Shown one piece after another: positions 1 to 13,610 of a stretch of 64,000 nt of DNA (position 1 is its first letter; the number at the start of each line of letters is the position of its first letter). A program made the position numbers and the translations under genes. Location of the stretch: contig OZ024754.1 of NCBI GenBank assembly GCA_964016885.1, forward strand, positions 24,552,001-24,616,000. Direction: 5' to 3'. The DNA is from Eledone cirrhosa (lineage: Eukaryota). Under the pieces are notes generated by a model, which was given only the letters and a program-made list of their open reading frames with translations, was not told the DNA's origin and did not search any database.

Positions 1-1577
1 CTACAGATAGGGCTACAAATCTACAGATAAGGCTACAAATCTTCAGATAGGGCTACAGATAAGGCTACAGATCTACAGATAAGGCTACAGATCTACAGAT
101 AAGGCTACAGATCTACAGATAGGGCTACAGATAAGGCTACAGATCTACAGATAAGGCTTCAAATCTACAGATAAGGCTACAGATCTACAGATAAGGCTAC
201 AGATAAGGCTACAGTTCTACAGATCAGGCTACAGATCTACAGATAGGTTTACAGATAAGTCTACAGATCTAAAGATAAGGCTACAGATCTACAGATAGGG
301 ATACATATCTACAGATAGGGCTACAGATTTACAGATTGGGCTACAGATCTACAGATAAGGCTACAAATCTACAGATAAAGCTACAAATCTACAGATAGGG
401 CTACAGATAAGTCTACAGATCTACAGATAAGGCTAAAGATCTACAGGTAGGGCTACAGATAAGGCTACAGATCGACAGATAAGGCTACAGATCTACAGAT
501 AGGGCTACAAATCTACAAATAGGTCTACAAATAGGGCTACAGATCTACAGATAAAGCTACAGATCTACAGATAAGGCTACAGATCTACAGATAAGGCTAC
601 AAATCTATAGATAGGGCTACAGATAAGGCTACAGATCTACAGATAAGGCTACAGATCTACAGATAAGGCTACAGATCTACAGATAAGGCTACAGATCTAC
701 AGAAAAGGCTACAGATCTACAGGTAAGGCTACAGATCTACAGATAGGGCTACAGATCTACAGATAGGGCGACAGATCTACAGGTAGGGCTACAGATTTAC
801 AGATAGGGATACAGAACTACAGATAGGGCTACAAATCTACAGATAAGGTTACAAATCTACAGGTAGGGCTACAGATAAGGCTACAGATCTACAGATAAGA
901 CTACAGATCTACAGATAGGGCTACAGATAAGGCTACAGATCTACAGATAAGGCTACAGATCTACAGATAGGGCTATAGATAAGGCTACAGATCTACAAAT
1001 AGGTCTACAGATAGAGCTACAGATCTACATATAAAGTTACAGATCTACAGATAAGGCTACAGATCTACAGATAGGTCTACAGATCTACAGATAGGGCTAC
1101 AAATCTACAAATAGGCCTACAGATAGGGCTACAGATAGGGCTACAGATCTACAGATAAAGCAACAGATCTACAGATAAAGATACAGATCTACAGATAAGG
1201 CTACAGATCTACAGATAGGGATACAGATCTACAGATAGGGCTACAGATTTACAAATATGGCTACAGATCTACAGATAGGGCTATAAATCTACAGATAAGG
1301 CTACGAATCTTCAGATAGGGCTACAGATAAGGCAACAGATCTACAGATAAGGCTACAGATCTACAGATAAGTCAACAGATCTACAGATAGGTCTACAGAC
1401 AGGGCTACAGATCTACAGATAAAGCTACAGATCTACAGATAAGGCTACATATCTACAGATAAGGCTACAAATCTACAGATAGGGCTACAGATAAGGCTAC
1501 AGATCTACAGATAAGGCTACAGATCTACAGATAAGGCTAAAAATCTACAGATAGGGCTACAGATAAGGCTACAGATC

Positions 1578-4500
1578 TACAGATAAGGCTACAGATCTAC
1601 ATATAGGTCTACAGATTGGGCTTCAGATAGAGCTATAGATCTACAGATATGGCTACAGATCTACAGATAGGGCAACAGATATGGCTACAGATCTACAGAT
1701 AAGGCTACAGATCTACAGATAGGTCTAGAGATAGGGCTACAGATCTACAGATAAGGCTACAGATATACAGATAAGGTTACAGATCTACAGATAGGGCTAC
1801 TGATCTACAGATAGGGCTACAGATCTACAGATAAGGCTACAGATCTACAGATAGGGCTACAGATCTACAGATCTACAGATAAGGCTACAGATGTACCTAT
1901 CGGCTTACAGATCTACAGACAAGTCTACAGATCTACAGATGGGGCTACAGATCTACAGAAAGATCTACAGATCTACAGACAAGGCTACAGAACCTCAGAT
2001 AAGCCTACAGATCTACAGATAAGGCTACAGATCTACAGATAGGGCTACAGATCTACAGATAGGGCTACATATCTACAGATAGGGCTAAATATCTACAGAT
2101 AAGGCTACAGATCTATAGATAAGGCTACAGATCTACAGATATGGCTACAGATCTACAGTTGGGGCTATAGATCTACAGTTAGGGCTACAGATCTACAGAT
2201 AGGGCTACAGATCTACAAATAGGTCTACAGATAGGCCTACAGATAGGGCTACAGATCTACAGATAAAGCTAAAGATCTACAGATAAGGCTACAAATATAC
2301 AGATAAGGCTACAGATCTACAGATAAGGCTACAGATCTACAGATCAGGCTACAGATCTACAGATAGGTCTACAGATAAGGCTACAGATCTACAGATAAGG
2401 CTACAGATATAAAGATAAGGCTACAGATCTACAGATAGGGATACATATCTACAGATAGGGCTACAGATTTATAGATTGGGCTACAGATCTACAGATAGGG
2501 CTACAAATCTACAGATAAATCTACAAATCTACAGATAGTGTTACAGATAAGTCTACAGATCTACAGATAAGGATACAGATCTACAGATAGGGCTAGAGAT
2601 AAGGCTACAGATCTACAGATAAGGCTACAGATCTACAGATAAGTCTACAGATAGGGCTACAAATCTACAAATAGGTCTACAAATAGGGCTACAGATCTAC
2701 AGATAAAGCTACAGATCTACAGATAAGGCTACAGATCTACAAATAAGGCTACAAATCTATAGATAGTGCTACAGATAAGGCTACAGATCTACAGATAAGG
2801 CTACAGATCTACAGATAAGGCTACAGATCTACAGATCTACAGTTAGGGCTACATATATACAGATAGGTCTACATATCTACAGATAGGGCTACAGATAAGG
2901 CTACAGATCTACAGATAAGGCTACAGATCTACATATAGGTCTACAGATAGGGCTACAGATAGAGCTGTAGATCTACAGATATGGCTACAGATCTACAGAT
3001 AGGGTAACAGATATGGCTACAGATCTACAGATAAGGCTACAGATCTACAGATAGGTCTACAGATCTACAGATAGGGCTACAGATCTACAAATAGGCCTAC
3101 AGATAGGGCTACAGATAGGTCTACAGATCTACAGTTAATGCTACAGATCTACAGATAAAGATACAGATCTACAGATAAGGCTACAGTTCTACAGATAAGG
3201 CTACAGATCTACAGATAAGTCAACAGATCTACAGATAGGTCTACAGATAGGGCTACAGATCTACAGATAAAGCTACAGATCTATAGATAAGGCTACATAT
3301 CTACAGATAAGGCTACAGATCTACATATAGGTCTACAGATAGGGCTACAGATAGAGCTGTAGATCTACAGATATGGCTACAGATCTACAGATAGGGTAAC
3401 AGATATGGCTACAGATCTAGAGATAAGGCTACAGATCTACAGATAGGTCTACAGATAGGGCTACAGATCTTCAGATAAGGCTACAGATCTACAGATAAGA
3501 CTACAGATCTACAGATAGGGCTACAGATCTACAGATAGGGCTACAGATCTACAGATAAGGCTACAGATCTACAGATAGGGCTACAGATCTACAGATCTAC
3601 AGATAAGGCTACAGATCTACAGATAGGGCTACAGATCTACAGATAGGGCAACATATCTACAGATAGGGCTACATATCTACAGATAAGGCTACAGATCTAT
3701 AGATAAGGCTACAGATCTACAGATATGGCTACAGATCTACAGTTGGGGCTATAGATCTACAGTTAGGTCTACAGATCTACAGATAAGGCTACATATCTAC
3801 AGATAAGGCTACAGGGCTACAGATATACAGATAAAGCTACCGATCTACAGATAGGGCTACATATCTACAAATCTCCAGATAACGCTACAGATCTACAGAT
3901 AGGGCTGCCGATCTACAGATAAGGCTACAGATCTACAGATAGGGCTGCCGATCTGCAGATAAGGCTACACATCTACAGATAAAGCTACAAATGGACAGAT
4001 AAAGCTACAGATCTACAGATAGGGCTACAGATCTACAGATAGGGGTACAGAACTACAGATAGGGCTGCAGATCTACAGATATGGCTACAGATCTACAGAT
4101 AAGGCTAAATAACTACAGATAAAGCTACAGATCTACATATATGGCTACAGATCTACAGATAAGGCTACAGATCTACAGATAAGACTACAGATCTACAGAT
4201 AGGGCTACAGATCTACAGAGAGGGCTATAGATCTACATATAGGGCTACAGATCTACAGATAGGGCTACAGATAAGGCTAAAATCTACAGATAAGGCTACA
4301 AATCTACAGATAAGGCTACAGATCTACAGATAAGGCTACAGAGCTACAGATAGGTCTACAGATAAGGCTACAGATCTACAGATAAGGCTACAGATCTACA
4401 GATAGGTCTATAGATCTACAGATAGGGCTACAGCTCTACAAATAGGTCTACAGATAGGGCTACAGATAGGGCTACAGATCTACAGATAAGGCTACAGATC

Positions 4501-7500
4501 TACAGATAGGGCTACAAATCTACAGATCAAGCTACAAATCTACAGATAGGGCTACAGATAAGTCTACAGATCTACAGATAAGGCTACAGATCTAGAGATA
4601 GGGCTACAGATAAGGCTACAGATCTACAGATAGGTCTACAGATAGGGCAACAAATCTACAAATAGGTCTACAAAGACGGCTACAGATCTACAGATAAAGC
4701 TACAGATCTACAGATAAGGCTACAGATCTACAGATAAGGCTACAAATTTACAGATAAGGCTACAGATTAGGCTACAGATCTACAGATAAGGCTACAGATC
4801 TACAGATAAGGCTACAGATCTACAGTTAGGGCTACATATATACAGATAGGTCTACAGATCTACAGATAGGGCTAAAGATCTACAGATCTACAGATAAGGC
4901 TACAGATGTACAGATACAGCTACAGATCTACAGATAAGGCTACAGATCTACAGGTAAGGCTACAGATCTACAGGTAAGGCTACAGATCTACAGATATGTC
5001 TACAGATCTACAGATAGGGCTACAGATCTACAGATAGGGCTACAGATCTACAGGTAGGGCTACAGATTTACAGATAGGGCTACCGAACTACAGATAGGGC
5101 TACAAATCTACAGATAAGGCTACAGATAAGGCTACAGATCTACAGATAAGGCTACAGATCTACAGATAGGGCTACAGATAGGGCTACAGATCTACAAATA
5201 GGTCTACAGATAGGGCTACAGATCTACATATAAAGCTACAGATCTACAGATAAGGCTACAGATCTACAGATAGGTCTACATATCTACAGATAGGGCTACA
5301 GATCTACAAATAGGCCTACAGATAGGGCTACAGATAGGGCTACAGATATACAGATAATGCTACAGATCTACAGATAAAGATACAGATCTACAGATAAGGC
5401 TACAGATCTACAGATAGTGACACAGATCTACAGATAGGGCTAAAGATTTACAGATAGGGCTACAGATCTACAGATAGGGCTACAAATCTACAGATAAGGC
5501 TACAAATCTTCAGATAGGGCTACAGATAAGGCTACAGATCTACAGATAAGGCTAGAGATCTACAGATAGGGCTACAGATAAAGCTACAGATCTACAGATA
5601 AGGCTACAGATCTACAGATAGGTCTACAGATAGGGCTACAGATCTACAAATAGGTCTACAGACAGGGCTTCAGATCTACAGATAAAGCTACAGATCTACA
5701 GATAAGGCTACATATCTACAGATAAGGCTACAAATCTACAGATAGGGCTACAGATAAGGCTACAGATATACAGATAAGGCTACAGATCTACATATAGGTC
5801 TACAGATTGGGCTTCAGATAGAGCTATAGATCTACAGATATGGCTACAGATCTACAGATAGGGCAACAGATATGGCTACAGATCTACAGATAAGGCTACA
5901 GATCTACAGATAGGTCTAGAGATAGGGCTACAGATCTACAGATAAGGCTACAGATATACAGATAAGGTTACAGATCTACAGATAGGGCTACTGATCTACA
6001 GATAGGGCTACAGATCTACAGATAAGGCTACAGATCTACAGATAGGGCTACAGATCTACAGATCTACAGATAAGGCTACAGATGTACCTATCGGCTTACA
6101 GATCTACAGACAAGTCTACAGATCTACAGATGGGGCTACAGATCTACAGAAAGATCTACAGATCTACAGACAAGGCTACAGAACCTCAGATAAGCCTACA
6201 GATCTACAGATAAGGCTACAGATCTACAGATAGGGCTACAGATCTACAGATAGGGCTACATATCTACAGATAGGGCTAAATATCTACAGATAAGGCTACA
6301 GATCTATAGATAAGGCTACAGATCTACAGATATGGCTACAGATCTACAGTTGGGGCTATAGATCTACAGTTAGGGCTACAGATCTACAGATAGGGCTACA
6401 GATCTACAAATAGGTCTACAGATAGGCCTACAGATAGGGCTACAGATCTACAGATAAAGCTAAAGATCTACAGATAAGGCTACAAATATACAGATAAGGC
6501 TACAGATCTACAGATAAGGCTACAGATCTACAGATCAGGCTACAGATCTACAGATAGGTCTACAGATAAGGCTACAGATCTACAGATAAGGCTACAGATA
6601 TAAAGATAAGGCTACAGATCTACAGATAGGGATACATATCTACAGATAGGGCTACAGATTTATAGATTGGGCTACAGATCTACAGATAGGGCTACAAATC
6701 TACAGATAAATCTACAAATCTACAGATAGTGTTACAGATAAGTCTACAGATCTACAGATAAGGATACAGATCTACAGATAGGGCTAGAGATAAGGCTACA
6801 GATCTACAGATAAGGCTACAGATCTACAGATAAGTCTACAGATAGGGCTACAAATCTACAAATAGGTCTACAAATAGGGCTACAGATCTACAGATAAAGC
6901 TACAGATCTACAGATAAGGCTACAGATCTACAAATAAGGCTACAAATCTATAGATAGTGCTACAGATAAGGCTACAGATCTACAGATAAGGCTACAGATC
7001 TACAGATAAGGCTACAGATCTACAGATCTACAGTTAGGGCTACATATATACAGATAGGTCTACATATCTACAGATAGGGCTACAGATAAGGCTACAGATC
7101 TACAGATAAGGCTACAGATCTACATATAGGTCTACAGATAGGGCTACAGATAGAGCTGTAGATCTACAGATATGGCTACAGATCTACAGATAGGGTAACA
7201 GATATGGCTACAGATCTACAGATAAGGCTACAGATCTACAGATAGGTCTACAGATCTACAGATAGGGCTACAGATCTACAAATAGGCCTACAGATAGGGC
7301 TACAGATAGGTCTACAGATCTACAGTTAATGCTACAGATCTACAGATAAAGATACAGATCTACAGATAAGGCTACAGTTCTACAGATAAGGCTACAGATC
7401 TACAGATAAGTCAACAGATCTACAGATAGGTCTACAGATAGGGCTACAGATCTACAGATAAAGCTACAGATCTATAGATAAGGCTACATATCTACAGATA

Positions 7501-9983
7501 AGGCTACAGATCTACATATAGGTCTACAGATAGGGCTACAGATAGAGCTGTAGATCTACAGATATGGCTACAGATCTACAGATAGGGTAACAGATATGGC
7601 TACAGATCTAGAGATAAGGCTACAGATCTACAGATAGGTCTACAGATAGGGCTACAGATCTTCAGATAAGGCTACAGATCTACAGATAAGACTACAGATC
7701 TACAGATAGGGCTACAGATCTACAGATAGGGCTACAGATCTACAGATAAGGCTACAGATCTACAGATAGGGCTACAGATCTACAGATCTACAGATAAGGC
7801 TACAGATCTACAGATAGGGCTACAGATCTACAGATAGGGCAACATATCTACAGATAGGGCTACATATCTACAGATAAGGCTACAGATCTATAGATAAGGC
7901 TACAGATCTACAGATATGGCTACAGATCTACAGTTGGGGCTATAGATCTACAGTTAGGTCTACAGATCTACAGATAAGGCTACATATCTACAGATAAGGC
8001 TACAGGGCTACAGATATACAGATAAAGCTACCGATCTACAGATAGGGCTACATATCTACAAATCTCCAGATAACGCTACAGATCTACAGATAGGGCTGCC
8101 GATCTACAGATAAGGCTACAGATCTACAGATAGGGCTGCCGATCTGCAGATAAGGCTACACATCTACAGATAAAGCTACAAATGGACAGATAAAGCTACA
8201 GATCTACAGATAGGGCTACAGATCTACAGATAGGGGTACAGAACTACAGATAGGGCTGCAGATCTACAGATATGGCTACAGATCTACAGATAAGGCTAAA
8301 TAACTACAGATAAAGCTACAGATCTACATATATGGCTACAGATCTACAGATAAGGCTACAGATCTACAGATAAGACTACAGATCTACAGATAGGGCTACA
8401 GATCTACAGAGAGGGCTATAGATCTACATATAGGGCTACAGATCTACAGATAGGGCTACAGATAAGGCTAAAATCTACAGATAAGGCTACAAATCTACAG
8501 ATAAGGCTACAGATCTACAGATAAGGCTACAGAGCTACAGATAGGTCTACAGATAAGGCTACAGATCTACAGATAAGGCTACAGATCTACAGATAGGTCT
8601 ATAGATCTACAGATAGGGCTACAGCTCTACAAATAGGTCTACAGATAGGGCTACAGATAGGGCTACAGATCTACAGATAAGGCTACAGATCTACAGATAG
8701 GGCTACAAATCTACAGATCAAGCTACAAATCTACAGATAGGGCTACAGATAAGTCTACAGATCTACAGATAAGGCTACAGATCTAGAGATAGGGCTACAG
8801 ATAAGGCTACAGATCTACAGATAGGTCTACAGATAGGGCTACAAATCTACAAATAGGTCTACAAAGACGGCTACAGATCTACAGATAAAGCTACAGATCT
8901 ACAGATAAGGCTACAGATCTACAGATAAGGCTACAAATTTACAGATAAGGCTACAGATTAGGCTACAGATCTACAGATAAGGCTACAGATCTACAGATAA
9001 GGCTACAGATCTACAGTTAGGGCTACATATATACAGATAGGTCTACAGATCTACAGATAGGGCTAAAGATCTACAGATCTACAGATAAGGCTACAGATGT
9101 ACAGATACAGCTACAGATCTACAGATAAGGCTACAGATCTACAGGTAAGGCTACAGATCTACAGGTAAGGCTACAGATCTACAGATATGTCTACAGATCT
9201 ACAGATAGGGCTACAGATCTACAGATAGGGCTACAGATCTACAGGTAGGGCTACAGATTTACAGATAGGGCTACCGAACTACAGATAGGGCTACAAATCT
9301 ACAGATAAGGCTACAGATAAGGCTACAGATCTACAGATAAGGCTACAGATCTACAGATAGGGCTACAGATAGGGCTACAGATCTACAAATAGGTCTACAG
9401 ATAGGGCTACAGATCTACATATAAAGCTACAGATCTACAGATAAGGCTACAGATCTACAGATAGGTCTACATATCTACAGATAGGGCTACAGATCTACAA
9501 ATAGGCCTACAGATAGGGCTACAGATAGGGCTACAGATATACAGATAATGCTACAGATCTACAGATAAAGATACAGATCTACAGATAAGGCTACAGATCT
9601 ACAGATAGTGACACAGATCTACAGATAGGGCTAAAGATTTACAGATAGGGCTACAGATCTACAGATAGGGCTACAAATCTACAGATAAGGCTACAAATCT
9701 TCAGATAGGGCTACAGATAAGGCTACAGATCTACAGATAAGGCTAGAGATCTACAGATAGGGCTACAGATAAAGCTACAGATCTACAGATAAGGCTACAG
9801 ATCTACAGATAGGTCTACAGATAGGGCTACAGATCTACAAATAGGTCTACAGACAGGGCTTCAGATCTACAGATAAAGCTACAGATCTACAGATAAGGCT
9901 ACATATCTACAGATAAGGCTACAAATCTACAGATAGGGCTACAGATAAGGCTACAGATATACAGATAAGGCTACAGATCTACA
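1578..9983 (+). repeat. Near-perfect tandem duplication, period 4191 bp (~2.0 copies)
   Basis: Marker pairs all offset by 4191: ATGTACCTATCGGCTTAC 1891/6082, ATGGACAGAT 3991/8182, ACAGATTGGGCTTC 1611/5802, GACAGGGCTTC 5661/9852. Identity breaks at 1577/5768 and 5793/9984. One internal mismatch noticed (4649 A vs 8840 T). Confidence 0.93.
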
Positions 9984-12900
9984 GATAGGGCTACAGATAG
10001 GGCTACAGATCTACAGATAAAGCTACAGATCTACAGATAAGGCTACAGATCTACAGATAAGACAACAGATCTATAGATAGGGCTACAGATTTACAGATAG
10101 GGCTACAGATAGGGCTACAGATAGGGCTACAGATAGGGCTACAGATAGGGCTACAGATCTACAGATATAGCTACAAATCTACAGATAAAGCTACAGATCT
10201 ACAGATAAGGCTACAGATACACAGATAAGGCTACAGATATACAGATGAGGCAAAAGATCTACAGATAGGGATAAAGATCTAAAAATAGGGCTACAGATTT
10301 ACAGATACGGCTACAGATCTATAGATAGGGCTGCAGATCGACAGATATGGCTACAAATCTATAGATAAGGCTAAAGAACTACAGATAAAGCTACAGATCT
10401 ACATATATGTCTAAATATCTACAGATAAGGCTACAGATCTACAGATAAGGCTACAGATCTAAAGATAGGTCTACAGATCTACAGATAGGGCTACAGATCT
10501 ACAAATAGGTCTACAGATAGGGCTACAGATAGGGCTACAGATCTACAGATAAGGCTACAGATCTACAGATAAGGCTACAGATAAGGCTACAGATCTACAG
10601 ATTAGGCTACAGATCTACAGATAGGTCTACAGATAAGGCTACATATCTACAGATAAGGCTACAGATAGGGCTACAAATCTACAAATAGGTCTACAAATAC
10701 GGCTACAGATCTACAGATAAAGCTACAGATCTACAGATAAGGCTACAGATCTACAGATAAGGCTACAAATTTACAGATAAGGCTACAGATAAGGCTACAG
10801 ATCTACAGATAAGGCTACAGATCTACAGATAAGGCTACAGATCTACAGTTAGGGCTACATATATACAGATAGCTCTACAGATCTACAGATAGGGCTAAAG
10901 ATCTACAGATCTACAGATAAGGCTACAGATGTACAGATATGGCTACAGATCTACAGATAAGGCTACAGATCTACAGGTAAGGCTACAGATCTACAGGTAA
11001 GGCTACAGATCTACAGATATGTCTACAGATCTACAGATAGGGCTACAGATCTACAGATAGGGCTACAGATATACAGGTAGGGCTACAGATTTACAGATAG
11101 GGCTACCGAACTACAGATAGGGCTACAAATCTACAGATAAGGCTACAAATCTACAGATAAGGCTACAGATAAGGCTACAGATCTACAGATAAGACTACAG
11201 ATCTACAGATAGGGCTACAGATAAGGCTACAGATCTACAGATAAGGCTACAGATCTACAGATAGGGCTACAGATAGGGCTACAGATCTACAAATAGGTCT
11301 ACAGATAGGGCTACAGATCTACATATAAAGCTACAGATCTACAGATAAGGCTACAGATCTACAGATAGGTCTACAGATCTACAGATAGGGCTACAGATCT
11401 ACAAATAGGCCTACAGATAGGGCTACAGATAGGGCTACAGATCTACAGATAATGCTACAGATCTACAGATAAAGATACAGATCTACAGGTAAGGCTACAG
11501 ATCTACAGATAGGGATACAGATCTACAGATAGGGCTAAAAATTTACAGATAGGGCTACAGATCTACAGATAGGGCTACAAATCTACAGATAAGGCTACAG
11601 ATCTACAGATAGGGCTACAGATAAAGCTACAGATCTACAGATAAGGCTACAGATCTACAGATAGGTCTACAGATAGGGCTACAGATCTACAAATAGGTCT
11701 ACAGACAGGGCTTCAGATCTACAGATAAAGCTACAGATCTACAGATAAGGCTACATATCTACAGATAAGGCTACAAATCTACAGATAGGGCTACAGATAA
11801 GGCTACAGATATACAGATAAGGCTACAGATCTACAGATAGGGCTACAGATAGGGCTACAGATCTACAGATAAAGCTACAGATCTACAGATAAGGCTACAG
11901 ATCTAGAGATAAGACAACAGATCTATAGATAGGGCTACAGATTTACAGATAGGGCTACAAATCTACAGATAAGGCTACAAATCTACAGATACGGCTATAG
12001 ATAAGGCTACAGATTTACAAATAGTTCTACAGATAGGGCTACAGATAGGGCTACAGATCTACAGATATAGCTACAAATCTACAGATAAAGCTACAGATCT
12101 ACAGATAATGCTACAGATACACAGATAAGGCTACAGATATACAGATGAGGCAACAGATCTACAGATAGGGATAAAGATCTAAAAATAGGGCTACAGATTT
12201 ACAGATACGGCTACAGATCTATAGATAGGGCTGCAGATCGACAGATATGGCTACAAATCTATAGATAAGGCTAAAGAACTACAGATAAAGCTACAGATCT
12301 ACATATATGTCTAACTATCTACAGATAAGGCTACAGATCGACAGATAAGGCTACAGATCTACAGATAGGTCTACAGATCTACAGATAGGGCTACAGATCT
12401 ACAAATAGGTCTACAGATAGGGCTACAGATAGGGCTACTGATCTACAGATAAGGCTACAGATCTACAGATAAGGCTACAGATCTACAGATAAGGCTACAG
12501 ATAAGGTTACAGATCTACAGATTAGGCTACAGATCTACAGATAGGTCTACAGATAAGGCTACATATCTACAGATAAGGCTACAGATCTACAGATAATGCT
12601 ACAGATCTACAGATAGGGATACATATCTACAGATAGGGCTACAGATTTACAGATTAGGCTACAGATCTACAGATAGGGCTACAAATCTACAGATCAAGCT
12701 ACAAATCTACAGATTCGGCTATAGATAAGGCTACAGATTTACAAATAGTTCTACAGATAGGGCTACAGATAGGGCTACAGATCTACAGATATAGCTACAG
12801 ATCTACAGATAAGGCTACAGATACACAGATAAGGCTACAGATATACAGATGAGGCAACAGATCTACAGATAGGGATAAAGATCTAAAAATAGGGCTACAG

Positions 12901-13060
12901 ATTTACAGATACGGCTACAGATCTATAGATAGGGCTGCAGATCGACAGATATGGCTACAAATCTATAGATAAGGCTAAAGAACTACAGATAAAGCTACAG
13001 ATCTACATATATGTCTAAATATCTACAGATAAGGCTACAGATCTACAGATAAGACTACAG
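8840..13060 (+). repeat. Imperfect ~1.85-1.9 kb duplication plus a partial third copy 704 bp further on
   Basis: CTACCGAACT at 9271/11103 (1832), GACAGGGCTTC at 9852/11704 (1852), ATAAAGATCTAAAAATAGGG at 10271/12171/12875 (1900, 704). Boundaries approximate. Confidence 0.75.
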
Positions 13061-13120
13061 ATCTACAGATAGGGCTACAGATATACAGATAGGGCTATAG
13101 ATCTACAGATAGGGCTACAG

Positions 13121-13610
13121 ATGGACAGATAACGCTACAGATATACAGATAAGGCAACAGATCTACAGATAGGGCTACAGATCTACAGAGAGGGCTACAA
13201 ATCTACAGATAAGGCTACAAATCTTCAGATAGGGCTACAGATAAGGCTACAGATCTAAAGATAAGGCTACAGATCTACAGATAGGGCTACAGATAAGGCT
13301 ACAGATCTACAGATAAGGCAACAGATCTACAGATAAGGCTACAGATCTACAGATAGGGCTGCCGATCTACAGATAAGGCTACAGATCTACAGATAATGCT
13401 ACAGATGGACAGATAAAGCTACAGATATACAGATAAGGCAACAGATCTACAGATAGGGCTACAGATCTACAGAGAGGGCTACAAATCTACAGATAAGGCT
13501 ACAAATCTTCAGATAGGGCTACAGATAAGGCTACAGATCTAAAGATAAGGCTACAGATCTACAGATAGGGCTACAGATAAGGCTACAGATCTACATATAA
13601 GGCAACAGAT
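13121..13610 (+). repeat. Local duplication with 284-bp offset
   Basis: The variant series ATGGAC..GATATAC..GGCAAC..GAGAGGG..ATCTTCAG..ATCTAAAG starts at 13121 and again at 13405. Confidence 0.75.

Noticed and set aside
10091-10150. G-quadruplex from GGG linkers
   Set aside because: GGG tracts are 9 nt apart here and usually 17 nt apart elsewhere, and are often replaced by AAGG. This is weak support for a stable G4.
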